64,000 nucleotides of DNA, taken from a virus. The stretch lies in IMG/VR virus record IMGVR_UViG_3300023179_000053, positions 29,814 to 93,813 of that record; one strand, given 5' to 3'. The notes under the pieces were generated by a model, which saw only the letters and a program-made list of their open reading frames with translations, was not told the origin of the DNA and ran no database searches. A program made the translations under genes and the position numbers. Positions 57,201 through 63,998 of the stretch are shown piece after piece; the stretch's first letter is position 1; each line of letters starts with the position of its first letter.

Positions 57201-59242
57201 TTTCCAAAACTTGTAGCAAGTTTTGCTAGAGATGAAACAGCGCCAGCAAAGAACCATCTAAAAGAAACAGACAATAATTTTATTGTTGGCAACAAGCCGG
57301 CAAATATTACTGCAAAGCTCAGCATTTTCTTACCGGCTGGGCTGAGTCTTTCTATAAAATCTCTAATTGCTTGAAGTATCGGTGTAAAAAATTCTATTAA
57401 TGGTCTAAATGCACTAACAATAACTCTTCCTATTGCCAGCACCTCTTCTTTTAGTATTCTAAATTTTGTTATTGTGGTATCTAAACCAATTTTTAATTCA
57501 GTTTCTAATTGCTTTTGAGCTACGTCTTCAATTCTAAAAGCAGTAGACATTAATATTCTACCAGCCTCTGTATTAATCTTGCTTAAAAAGTCTTGCGATT
57601 TATCACCACTAGTACCAAATAATTTGTTAAGTTGATTAAAAGCTTGTTCTTGCCCTATACGAATTATATTAGCTCTTTTCGTGTATTGCCCATTAACACT
57701 TTCTGTTGCTTTTCTATGAAGGTCACTTATATCAATCATTTTATTCAAAGAAAACATTTCATTTTCTGCATATCCAGCTGCTTTTAATCTTGCATTAATA
57801 TTAGATTCAAGAACTGATGATATTTTTCTTTCAACAGAGTTAGCTTCTGATAATTGTTTTTGATAAACAGCAAGTTGTCTAATTGATGTCTCCATTCTCG
57901 GTCCCTGACGAACGCCGAACAATCTTGAAAACAATTCCAAAGTACCTTGCTCACCTTTTATACTTAATAATGTATTAAAGCCATCTGTAAGTTTTTGTAT
58001 ATTCTCTATACTTACGCCAGCTGCATAATCAAAATCCGGTCCTAATGCTTTATTTAATTCACCAATAATCTGACTATTTTGTTTTGTCATTGCAACCATT
58101 CTTTGCAATGAAACTTTAATTGAGTTAGCAGACGCACCAACTTGGAATCCAGATGCCACCATCGGAGCAAGAAGCGCAGCAGATTCCGTCATTGACAAGC
58201 CGAACGTTGTTGCAGCTGCTGATACTTCAGGGAATGCATCTGCGAGATCTTTTAATGAAAGACTTGTTTTATTTTCGACTAAGTTAAATTCTGCTAATTG
58301 ACCTCTAAGCTCTTGTATAATTACTGCAAACTGTTTAGGATCTGTTAAATCAAGTTGCTGCCCTAGTGCTTGAGATTGTTCTCGTTTAACTCTAAGAATA
58401 TTTTGCAACATTGATTCAACAAATTTCTGAGATTGCTCAATATCTACGTTACCTAGCTTTTCAACTGTTGTAGTTAATTCAACAAGATCTGCTAATGCCT
58501 GAGTATCACCTATACCTAGTTCCGCAAAGTCTCCGGCTAGAGCTTGAACAAGCACCCTGCTGGTTCCAAATTTTCTAGTAATTTTGTCCAGTTCTTTTCC
58601 AAGAACCGCAGTCTGCTCTGCTGCTAATTTAATAGCTTCCTCTCCAGAGCCAAAATTGTCAACCATGAGTTTTGTAACTCGGGCAGACTCTTGCTCTAGA
58701 TCTGCAAAACTAAAGAAGGCTGTTCTTAATGCTCTTGTGAATGCAAATGTTTGAGCAGTGGCTCTTAGGATACTCATGTTCATTTGTGTTAATGAACCCT
58801 TGCTTCTATTAGCCCACTGTTGAATAGATGTTGCTTGCAATGCTTTATTAAGAGAAGTTGCGCTGCTTGCTAATTTTGCAGTTGCCGCCGCTTGAGATTG
58901 TAGAGCCGCTGTAGCTTTAGGAGAAGAAGTTCCAAGCCTTGTAATTACCTGATCTAAGGCGGCATTTTGCTTTACAGCTTCACTTATAATTTTATTACTA
59001 AGCACATGAGCTTTTGTATTTGCAGCAATTAAACCTGTGAACGTTTTTGTAGTATTGCCTGTACCTTTAGTAATATTTTGCAGCATTTGCTGAGTGCTGC
59101 TGAGTTTATTAATAGTAGCTACTGTATTATTAATATCCTGCGCTACTTGAGATAGACTATTGCGTAAAATTGCAGCTTCAGAAGTGTCTGCAGTGACAGT
59201 AAATTTTATATCACCATAAGGTGTTGATGAAGTGTCAGACAT
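45299..59242 (-). CDS. tape measure protein (4647 aa)
   Basis: Follows the tail chaperones; N-terminal TMP core (AAATTFGLSM..AALLA..GA.AANSIK), Ala-rich helices, Trp/Phe 11/22-residue periodicity, C-terminal AILHGGEYII. Confidence 0.93.
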   Translation of the reverse strand: MSDTSSTPYGDIKFTVTADTSEAAILRNSLSQVAQDINNTVATINKLSSTQQMLQNITKGTGNTTKTFTGLIAANTKAHVLSNKIISEAVKQNAALDQVITRLGTSSPKATAALQSQAAATAKLASSATSLNKALQATSIQQWANRSKGSLTQMNMSILRATAQTFAFTRALRTAFFSFADLEQESARVTKLMVDNFGSGEEAIKLAAEQTAVLGKELDKITRKFGTSRVLVQALAGDFAELGIGDTQALADLVELTTTVEKLGNVDIEQSQKFVESMLQNILRVKREQSQALGQQLDLTDPKQFAVIIQELRGQLAEFNLVENKTSLSLKDLADAFPEVSAAATTFGLSMTESAALLAPMVASGFQVGASANSIKVSLQRMVAMTKQNSQIIGELNKALGPDFDYAAGVSIENIQKLTDGFNTLLSIKGEQGTLELFSRLFGVRQGPRMETSIRQLAVYQKQLSEANSVERKISSVLESNINARLKAAGYAENEMFSLNKMIDISDLHRKATESVNGQYTKRANIIRIGQEQAFNQLNKLFGTSGDKSQDFLSKINTEAGRILMSTAFRIEDVAQKQLETELKIGLDTTITKFRILKEEVLAIGRVIVSAFRPLIEFFTPILQAIRDFIERLSPAGKKMLSFAVIFAGLLPTIKLLSVSFRWFFAGAVSSLAKLATSFGKTGAKIVDVTDLIMRGGKALKGWQNATSLPGGQQVLLSGRKRGAVTDVSGLNPQLQKIMQQGSGPGSGSLKSIIRRAAGLPAGGLEIEALGGAIDALDGTADAAATTAKAVGDSVKEALAVGFKGAVFTSNRFMGNTFTGGPGGSGTGRAGTPRGPRTPRSPRTPADTRPTYGPPAPSPVYGPEVPPPDTRPTYGPSLPPDTRPTYGPSLPPPVTGTSGIPAGGFKVPTTPVLPTIPGPEPVKKTVAEVKKRVTKGVKDAVKKGTDVVADVTAGVGAVVADTAAAVTSVSSDAAATITDGIDDAKKAASKGGRVAKTVTLHTRDIVKALDDVHVSLPNDYMFLRTWDKEWEVSETKMKTLLKDTQQMAVEVRDVKAPKAVNEALSFAQDPKNKGLGRNISKELKARANQVIELENKLERALELQGSKDTAVAKKAANEVIALREKIDIAQKQLFDQAMTEQMRVTGPFGELIADKGQGSKRGRRFKFRPGRAGGVDKDGKKIAARTLNQKSHAVEVYEDIFKKRVEAGGLTATESGNLLNAVGGAGADPNAARSAAAKAAKASKAAENAAKEAAADAARKLNADFETARAKLLKGVFNGLDAEIYGLQEVVNYSSDASIRYGELEKHVDKLSKEIKVFEDALARTDIPQGTRASLTKNLDVARKTHAKALADLTAKKMQFEAEQVLKGSPRTLVTAPSALGKAFTDIQLDKDMGAAAVSGLGGGDTANKNYYKILTERFAKTVPSAAVPKADIQMKALYEMLLQSKIDDINEALDSGVDKALTEKVNQRLMQTTPQGKKISPQRIAALRRQVISSIARDQIRDQQSLAEFNPLDQRYNPEAEQKLVSRKGLMSRVKSRMIQDVLDKDHMTFGQTLPQVEKSLPKLDQTKRTRISKMLEEARNRVALVDAEMAAIAKDGSKAATDSRNKIRKAFLKARAALLEKYGSIEAAEAAMTAQAKLDAGVIKGATAATSAATPTAASVARPVVSASGAGTVRLPGGVSRVFFADAVKAASASVTGVSKTVADEIARLLDDVLVKAIPAGFDPAKVNVMRKVIQKVLMTVPITGNAEYADIAKLVMSQSLLLNDELTKVIQQVFSFGQLQTLGDDLTKALSTGTIAMREVDGGVFMKAKGAIMGTFRKIASAKTATAAGVVASLSDFRIFVEAAVLDAVTAAGAAVEGVKSPIAEAFRAGTYKEEMLDEYLGGIGAEKVARSDKAVESAEKGARKRGPSKSKEQRALERRKKRVVERLVKERPDLDVETAGRMFDEAAGKGEKALEELAPKGKRGVKAAVAEKVTEAAEAAKDAAAEVTEEVGKSISDAAEKVSDATTGAIKEATEGVTAAAATSGGTAATTVGTAATSAAIPDALDARTTKLSDLKSFLKGDKDKSELYKKIKSLREIDEVLNKEISDAAKRLTQVQEGLKTDTSERGQKFWKKELEKVEKEFNKKTKALISNNKELDKTQRKLNSMLKSARDAAAKAEKAASASTAAPSAAPAGAAPAAAATTGAAGAGATGAAPRAPRVAVPTAAPATAVVSSAIVEKLDEVIVEFDRSLANFFKGPNFFQGPNYFAGPLQVMPNAKFKDYKKKFSDMTEGERAARISHHTRRAEEAKRRIDARAAARAAGADPAAAATTAASAATGAAVAKAGLLKTALSGVASIVGKGLAAAGKVGGAALSGAFKIVGKSTSEFFKMSIAFLDMYVTALGGAGASSRMAGMAALVGSKAIAGLGRAAAIADKMIKGLAGAFFSLGKAIGATTATELSTFFASLQKSKIIKAWSFLLFTGIKPLIKGFVALGIAAGRALLTMKFSGLVASFQQLYQTVLRTALSFTALAIKINAALLMIAPVVVLLFAIISKVKRGIQGLSPASENFKAAWVAIKDAIYALAAPLENMIGAFAGISKQNDSVKRTAGLIWVISKAIRAAAEAFQRFATGVGAKYMQSTVVPILTRIINRFILLGRAIGAAFGGKSAEAGKNFKGLLLSLLYEAIAFVGKFVSIIAAGLEMFAPTLAKIIDAIVAATITAFIKIMSFAKEVMMLLGSIITVVGAISGQLPIALGGAAIVAGGVGITALEGRIEKFAADVKSGQKGVGESIANGITSGAKGAARGLDKFKNFVGKKYGETIGRGINSALSATLIKEMPKDVKNAIMRSAQDANAGGESLGEQIAKGIKNGLRDLKSEFTDNFFGRADEQVDKFVEKLKEGLNEQKDKALEAFDNQVEAIEALAEAEERLTAKIEYEEKRREMIRERALDRENYLRERKVAAYEGRSEDVRSLDLAFQKSSKEKDKELKDFDLDRVKTLQGQNREDAIKIINKEKEALIKEYDKMFKDFDQRIEKIKIRGFSNEEEFKQMFTNIQTVASGFSDDLATSFTNAMTRLPSLIRDGTDPAIGMFSTSMSQLVDEAKRSFGAGVAGPNAESILGAAYYLVKGMPDAFKQAFSAGIIPQFVTPFSTAVKTELDRTVPKDLWIEAAGLAIIEMVNEMKRKLVALKGTLYDEFKKLFADLPVEDLKRIFGEMFPDLDLEKLKEYFANLFPSAEELKKKIVIIETTRSQEDSGGGQSDKPKTPSLTPSEINPPQDSRDNLVRVGYGLQAKPVDPRDLEPKEDPKQGFFGKLRDIIVSIADYLGPLKTAILGAVGVVAGMGAAIPIWTAIKGLAIGIGSTIGLLPLIIGTIIGTLIYLYARFKSVRDVVNGIVIAIWDGLVAAFNFLKDLSVATFEGIKIGIPKIWEGLKDFSKPFIIAFDWIVEWGGRLWNILKEIGVKLGPPTWNVIWETLKFAFDISIALIKEFVRIFKSIWGAIKAVIGPPLNFIWETVKIVVGGISLLLVKLVEWTIIAFEKLMPVVMPVFQKIFDGISFIFDLFNQYVTPVLVKIIEVIGRALSAPFDGIRIIFDFAYKSIGDFFGGIVRLFQNIAPFLGPAIWSPIKALAPIVKGIFEFIIDAAKKVYDFVSPIFLAIVSVIVSVFSSVVNVISSIIGKVVDVASGIAVAIFSVLNAIWNNPVVKWIRDFLFRVLMLGIFIIAKLLETFAKTIYNAFKTVFDILKTIAIFLYDTFKPGFELIWNFAMIVKDLLVGAFKTAWSVVQPILQGIWDLIKWIYEEFGIIGLILTPFIAAFEFLRKVVMLLFEFMKAAFETIFNLVKKIMGPIIDLAKLIWEGLGWVWGRIKGYAELWWDTVSAIFEYFVDILKLVGQVVWDALGKVWDLVGAALKKYWEFLKLFWGTVWDILKLAGNAIWDAFGWVWDIVGIALKKYWELLKKFWGGVWEIFKAVGGVIWDALGFIWDQLSYAVRKYWAAVRKIFVTFIDILKTVAKAIWEGLGWIWNNIGPAIQKFFEIAKMVFNKIVEFAVSVGNAIWDGLGWVWGIIGTAAKKFWEGVKYVAEAVWELIKKVGQGIWDALGWVWEALKNPIKTFWDAITEGWIIIEPVFTKIWSWLWDKIKVGWEFIKDILTEYWGVFQEFWGWIEPVLSKLWSWLWDGIVWVWERLKEALNGYWEIFKTIWGWIEPVLSQLWEWLWNGIKWAWDQITEAIDFYWELFKKVWNWIEPVLSKLWEWLWNGIKWAWDKITDAIGFLWEKFKQFWSWAGPILLEFASWIWDKIKAGWEKVTEAIQFVWNKIKEFWSWAGPVLKEFAHWVWDKIAAGLDFIKNLWGSIKSAFSTFYDFVVPKIQKIGDFIRDALGGAIDFVIGLVGKIPNLFASAINLVIKGINKITGYTFTMPEWLKYVGLGSIAGKTYSFRDVIPEIKEIEVGKEVTALQRQEDYMKAVAQWNATSAKLAEAMRSGALTDDQVAKAQATLAQQKIALQSKAAGLVQPDGKYNGGKIRSYMKGGMTYAFGGVTPGFSQQAVPAILHGGEYIINHKAVQRIGTDALNALNNLRLSKPRYPRMPAIPGISMPNVRIDNSTQVPSSSSTSNVNIYVDNFIGEPEWFNSMMKEYNMKVVPRNQKAAGLENRVIRTYNGINRGM
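56567..56644. repeat. 36-bp tandem repeat (2 full copies plus a partial) within the tape measure gene
   Basis: TGGAGGTAGCGATGGACCATACGTTGGTCTTGTGTC repeated; encodes PPDTRPTYGPSL. Confidence 0.9.
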
Positions 59243-59296
59243 AATTCAGCCACATCAATTATTACACATTAGGTCAATAAAATCAAGATTTATTGT

Positions 59297-59629
59297 TTAA
59301 TTTTGCTTTGTTTGTTCATATCCAAGACCGATTCCCATTTGCATAATATCAAGTCCTTGGATAATTCTCTTAGGCGCTGGATTGTACCAGTCTTCATCAA
59401 AGTCAACATCAGCCCCTTGAGCTGCTGCAGCAATTTTCATAGAAGTACTTGTCTCATTAACTGCCGCACGATAGAGAAGGAACAGCTCGTTGAGAGTAAG
59501 ACATGACTCTAACTCTCCGATGCTGTTCCAAGCTCCGGTCTTTATAAAAATTTCAGACTCATATTTGAGGAGAGGAATATCTTCCCAACTTGTGTTGGAA
59601 TCTACCTCACTCTCCTCGCCTAGAAGGAA
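59297..59629 (-). CDS. tail assembly chaperone, frameshift extension (gpGT-like C-terminal part)
   Basis: The -1 frame is open for ~110 codons from the end of 59620..59922 with no early start codon (LLGEESEVDSNTSWEDIPLLKYESEIF...). Confidence 0.75.
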   Translation of the reverse strand, partial: FLLGEESEVDSNTSWEDIPLLKYESEIFIKTGAWNSIGELESCLTLNELFLLYRAAVNETSTSMKIAAAAQGADVDFDEDWYNPAPKRIIQGLDIMQMGIGLGYEQTKQN

Positions 59630-59922
59630 GGGTCGGACCCCATTGCGGCTGACATGAGAGCGCCGAACGATTTAAGGTCAAGCACATCTTCAAGCTTTTC
59701 CTTGTCACCAGCAAGCTCTGGATCGCCAACGGCTAAAGCAACCGCTGCCGCTTCAACCATGACATCAATATCTGCATCTTCAAGAGTTTCATCATTTTTA
59801 AGATTCTTAACGATCTTCATGAACTTACGAAGATTGCGGATTGTTAGAGGCTTAACAACTCTCTTTTTGCCATCTGCAAAAAGAATTTCAGTTCCAGCCA
59901 AAATATCTTTGTTATCACTCAT
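59620..59922 (-). CDS. tail assembly chaperone (gpG-like)
   Basis: Lies between the major tail and tape measure genes; VKPLTIRNLRKFM. Confidence 0.8.
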   Translation of the reverse strand: MSDNKDILAGTEILFADGKKRVVKPLTIRNLRKFMKIVKNLKNDETLEDADIDVMVEAAAVALAVGDPELAGDKEKLEDVLDLKSFGALMSAAMGSDPSF

Positions 59923-59956
59923 TATTATTTACCTACCTTTTGTGTAAAATAAAGAA

Positions 59957-60008
59957 GCCCTCGCTTCTTACCTATCAAGTTTATCACAAGATAGAAGCCT
60001 GCGAGGGC
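59957..60008 (-). terminator. long hairpin with U-rich tail after the major tail gene
   Basis: GCCCTCGC..CTTCTATC/GATAG..GAAG CGAGGGC followed by TTCTTTATTTT. Confidence 0.55.
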
Positions 60009-60030
60009 AACTCTACGATTTTTCAATCAA

Positions 60031-60615
60031 TTATTGCTCGTCAATAATCTTACCGTATTCGTAGTTTGTGTCTTCCGTCTTCGGGAGAATGCGGAAACCA
60101 ACAGCGAACATCGTTGCCTCTGCACGCTTCATGCTGATCATCGATGATTCCATCGAGACCGCACGCTTTGTGTAGTAGGTACGAGTCTTAATTGCTGCTG
60201 CTGACGAACCAGGGGCTGAGCCAACAATGACCAAACCCTTTTCACGTGGGTACACATTCTGCGAACCGAACAGGAAAGTGTTTGTATTTGCACCCGAGCC
60301 TGCCAAGTTTGCCTTAATGTCATCACCATCTGTGACATCATCATAGTTCCAAGCAATAGCAAGATTGTTCAGTGTTGCCTCAGCAAGCGTGGTCTTCACC
60401 ATTACCTTAACTTTGGACTGGATGAGCTTTGCAGCATCACCATACTGATCGATCTCAATATCCACAATGTCCGGCTCCCACGAAATCTCGACACCATTTT
60501 GTGTAGCACCGACATCAGCGAAGTTGTTCATTGCAGCGATTGTTGTTGCGTTAGCAGAGGGACCAAGCTTAATTGTTGCCTCACCAACGACAATATTTGC
60601 GACATTAACTGCCAT
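60031..60615 (-). CDS. major tail (tube) protein
   Basis: NIVVGEA, VGATQNGVEISWEP, TTLAEATLNNL and YGKIID motifs; position before the chaperones. Confidence 0.85.
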   Translation of the reverse strand: MAVNVANIVVGEATIKLGPSANATTIAAMNNFADVGATQNGVEISWEPDIVDIEIDQYGDAAKLIQSKVKVMVKTTLAEATLNNLAIAWNYDDVTDGDDIKANLAGSGANTNTFLFGSQNVYPREKGLVIVGSAPGSSAAAIKTRTYYTKRAVSMESSMISMKRAEATMFAVGFRILPKTEDTNYEYGKIIDEQ

Positions 60616-60826
60616 TTGTATTACCTCCTAATTTATCGAGTCGAAATATCCTCCGACCCTTCTTGTCACGCCAATTAGCGATCTTAGAAATATCTTTTGG
60701 ATTAACCTCTCCTTGACGTTTGCCAATTGCAAGAGATTTATTCCATTCGAATTCATATACAGAACTACCAACTTTCGCTATGTATCCGGGAGTCTTCCCA
60801 ACATAGGTAATTGTAAGATATTCCAT
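60605..60826 (-). CDS. hypothetical protein
   Basis: 73-aa ORF preceded by TGGTACAAT. Confidence 0.7.
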   Translation of the reverse strand: MEYLTITYVGKTPGYIAKVGSSVYEFEWNKSLAIGKRQGEVNPKDISKIANWRDKKGRRIFRLDKLGGNTNGS

Positions 60827-60853
60827 ATGGAATATATTGTACCATATAATTTT

Positions 60854-61270
60854 TTATACGTTACAGACTCTGAAATCTAAATTCATCCTATACCAGCCTT
60901 CTTTTTCTAAAGGAACGGCTAGGCTTGAATCTGTTTGCATTGATGATAATATCCTACGGTCTTGACCAGTTGCTTCTATACCGCCAGACTTAGCAACAGT
61001 GTCTGCCTTGCCAAGAACCTCTATAAATAGCTCTGATATTGAAAAAAGTCTCTCTACATCTGTATCAAATATAGAATAGCGAATAACATCTTTTCTCATC
61101 CAATGCCTATCTGGATCGGGTATTAGCGGGTTGTAATAATAAACAACATACGGCGCAGTCGCACTTGAAGGGGCTACAACGGGATAGAAGCTCATTTGTT
61201 TACCGGCAGCAGTTACAATATCTGTATCTTGTTTTAAATATGTATTAATATCATAAATAGGAAGTGTCAT
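60854..61270 (-). CDS. putative tail terminator/completion protein
   Basis: YPVVAP....PYVVY pattern; synteny. Confidence 0.65.
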   Translation of the reverse strand: MTLPIYDINTYLKQDTDIVTAAGKQMSFYPVVAPSSATAPYVVYYYNPLIPDPDRHWMRKDVIRYSIFDTDVERLFSISELFIEVLGKADTVAKSGGIEATGQDRRILSSMQTDSSLAVPLEKEGWYRMNLDFRVCNV

Positions 61271-61512
61271 TATAGCCTCTCATAAGAAAGTTTTATTTTT
61301 TCTATTATAGAATTTCTAATATCTTCCACAGTATCTTCTGACACATTTGCCATCTGAACCTCAACACCGCCAGAGGTTGAAACAATTTCAACTTCTCCAT
61401 CAGACCTTACAGCAGATGCACCTTCGGCAATTGCTGACTGCACATTAATTGGAATCATTTCTATTTTATTTACAACATTATTTAAGTTATGTTTAATAGA
61501 AATATTAATCAT
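61270..61512 (-). CDS. putative neck/tail completion protein
   Basis: Synteny between head closure and tail terminator genes. Confidence 0.5.
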   Translation of the reverse strand: MINISIKHNLNNVVNKIEMIPINVQSAIAEGASAVRSDGEVEIVSTSGGVEVQMANVSEDTVEDIRNSIIEKIKLSYERL

Positions 61513-61901
61513 TACGTCTCCACTACTCTTCTGAGAGAAAGAACTATATGATGTTTTCTACCAGAAAATGTAAACTTTGGCTGTATGCCAACAATCTCAT
61601 ATGTATCAGTGTCTACTTGATTACCTTTTGAATCAGTAATATTTGTAATTCTATTATCATAACTAATATATTCTGAATACATTGCCGGAACAATTCCCTC
61701 ATATTTTGAAAAATTATCAACATATGGAGATAACCTTCTATCGCTCGATGAAGTAGATTGAGTTGTTGGTGCTTGAAATTGAAATCCTATTGTAGCTGCC
61801 TTAGTGAACGATGCATATTCTTGACCGGCAGCATTTGTAGTTGTTGTTTTTGTGTAAATATCACATTTATGTGCAAAACGAAAAAATGTTTGATAAGACA
61901 T
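61512..61901 (-). CDS. putative head closure (stopper) protein
   Basis: Beta-rich, NAAGQ..., YEIVGI..., HH.V.L; synteny. Confidence 0.65.
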   Translation of the reverse strand: MSYQTFFRFAHKCDIYTKTTTTNAAGQEYASFTKAATIGFQFQAPTTQSTSSSDRRLSPYVDNFSKYEGIVPAMYSEYISYDNRITNITDSKGNQVDTDTYEIVGIQPKFTFSGRKHHIVLSLRRVVET

Positions 61902-62837
61902 TTAAACCACATAATCCATTACAAACAAAGTATAGTCCATAAGCAAAATATCTGCGTCAATATTACCAGTTGACTCATAGAATGAATCTTTTGTTTCATA
62001 TTTAAGAATATCCATATCAACACTCTTCATCCCATGCCTTCTAAAATCAGAATCACTATTCATCATATCTTCAAGCAATAAATCTGCGGCTTGCACAATA
62101 TTGTCTGGTATATACTTCCAACCAAAACTTCCTTCAATTTTATAATCATCACTTTCATTAAATACTGATGCAGTTATCAAAGTTTGAACACTATCTAAAA
62201 AAGATCTTTTAAATTTAATATAATAAGTTGATTGAAAATTATGAGGTTCTTTAGATTTTTCAATATTATTTAAAGTAGCATCTGTTGAATTATGCACTAC
62301 AGCTTCATCTTCATCACCAATATTTACAGTAACTTTAGTTAAATCACTAATTGGATACGGCAGATGTAGTGTATTTTTTCCAGAACCAGAAATTTCAATA
62401 TATTTATTTGGGTAATAATCAAATGATTGACCACAAAATGTATTGATTATATTTCTTATACGTTTTTCCATTTTATCAAATTTTTCGTAATAATCATTTT
62501 CTAAATCAGGATGATCTGTAAAGAAAGTATCAATATCAATATACGGAGTATAGACATTAATATATTGAGATTGTGTATAACTTGTTCCGGAAATTGTATA
62601 TGTAAAATCAGCCCTGTGCCGACCGGCACTGTTTAAGATGTAAATACCAGATGCTTGCTGACCATAAGTTATGGTATATACACCAGTTCCTGTTCTTGTT
62701 GCATTTGTAGGTCCAGAAACTAGTGAACCAAATTCATGATAAAGACTAACAGAAACAACATTGCTTGCAGGGTCACTTGGAAGTGTCAATGTAAGAGTTT
62801 TACTTGTATTGATTTTGACATCATCCATAATATTCAA
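61902..62837 (-). CDS. head-to-tail adaptor/connector
   Basis: IINTFCGQSF, G.FGW.YIPDNIVQAA.LL and STGN..ADILL motifs; start probably the ATG at 62828. Confidence 0.75.
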   Translation of the reverse strand: MNIMDDVKINTSKTLTLTLPSDPASNVVSVSLYHEFGSLVSGPTNATRTGTGVYTITYGQQASGIYILNSAGRHRADFTYTISGTSYTQSQYINVYTPYIDIDTFFTDHPDLENDYYEKFDKMEKRIRNIINTFCGQSFDYYPNKYIEISGSGKNTLHLPYPISDLTKVTVNIGDEDEAVVHNSTDATLNNIEKSKEPHNFQSTYYIKFKRSFLDSVQTLITASVFNESDDYKIEGSFGWKYIPDNIVQAADLLLEDMMNSDSDFRRHGMKSVDMDILKYETKDSFYESTGNIDADILLMDYTLFVMDYVV

Positions 62838-62863
62838 TTGTACCAGAGTTACTGTTTTAAGTC

Positions 62864-63091
62864 TTAAAAGGTTTGCATTGCAACAGAGACTTCAAGATCA
62901 TCTAAGTCATTTCCAACTTCAGTAATATTAAATGTCCCGCTAATATCAAAAGATACAACAGTATTGCTTAAATCTTTATAAAATAAAAGACCATCAGCAT
63001 AATTTATTGCCAATTCACCATACTCTAAAGAGCTGGCAAGAGGAGTAGAATTTGCCGTTCCAGATCTTTTAATTTTTATAATGTTAGCCAT
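62864..63091 (-). CDS. small virion-associated protein
   Basis: IKIKRSGT...P....L.YGELAINY.DG.LFYK motif seen at fibre N-termini. Confidence 0.65.
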   Translation of the reverse strand: MANIIKIKRSGTANSTPLASSLEYGELAINYADGLLFYKDLSNTVVSFDISGTFNITEVGNDLDDLEVSVAMQTF

Positions 63092-63101
63092 CTACGGCTC
63101 C

Positions 63102-63998
63102 TTAAAAAGTACCACCATCAACAGTAACATTATCAAGCGCAGTGCTGCTTAATACAGTTGTATTATTGATTTTGAAAACTTTTCCTGATAGGAGATTAAA
63201 GTGCTCTGATGAAGTCCATGCATCCGTCGCATCAACCCAGTTTAAAGTTTTGGTAGTATTGCCAAGAACTGAGATGCCAGCTCCATCCGCCGTTACATCT
63301 GTTGGTGTAGCAACATTAGCAAGAACAACATTCTTATCTTCAACCGTCAAAGTTGCTGTGTTAAGAGTTGTTGTATTGCCTTGGACAGTAAGATCTCCAG
63401 TTACTGTTAAATTGTTTGAAATTGTAACATCTGCTGGCAGGCTAAGAGTAACTGCACCAACACCAGAGTTTGAAACAGCAATTTGATTTGCTGTACCAGT
63501 TAATCCCGTGACAAGATTTGTTGTTCTATCACTGATTTGTGATGCAGTAATAGAAATTGTAGAATTGCCAGCTGCTGTTAAACGACCTTGTGCATCAACT
63601 GTAAATGTTGCAACAGTACTTGCCGAACCATATGAAGCAGCAGTGACTGATGTATTATCAAGATTGATTGTAACTGTATCAGTTGCACCAGCAACAGATG
63701 AAAGACCTGTTCCACCAGAAATTGTTAATGTATCAGTGCCAGTTGTAATTGTTTGTGACGTACCACTATCGCCAGCAACTGTAAATGTAGAGGCAACATT
63801 TGCAATTGCATTATCAACATAAAGTTTTGTTGCAGCATGACCATTTGCACTTGGTGCTGGGACAATTGTAACGCCATTGAATGTAGTATTACCATTAACT
63901 GTTTTATTTCCAGCAATAGTTTGATCACCAGAAAGGGTTAGAAATGCACCAGAGCCGCCGATAGCAATAACTGCTGTAGCCGTGCCATCTTGACCGCC
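63102..63998 (-). CDS. fibre-like structural protein, 5' end outside the window
   Basis: The frame appears open to the window edge (GGQDGTATAVIAIGG...); Gly/Thr/Val-rich; TVDAQGRLTAA and DGGTF motifs. Confidence 0.75.
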   Translation of the reverse strand, partial: GGQDGTATAVIAIGGSGAFLTLSGDQTIAGNKTVNGNTTFNGVTIVPAPSANGHAATKLYVDNAIANVASTFTVAGDSGTSQTITTGTDTLTISGGTGLSSVAGATDTVTINLDNTSVTAASYGSASTVATFTVDAQGRLTAAGNSTISITASQISDRTTNLVTGLTGTANQIAVSNSGVGAVTLSLPADVTISNNLTVTGDLTVQGNTTTLNTATLTVEDKNVVLANVATPTDVTADGAGISVLGNTTKTLNWVDATDAWTSSEHFNLLSGKVFKINNTTVLSSTALDNVTVDGGTF

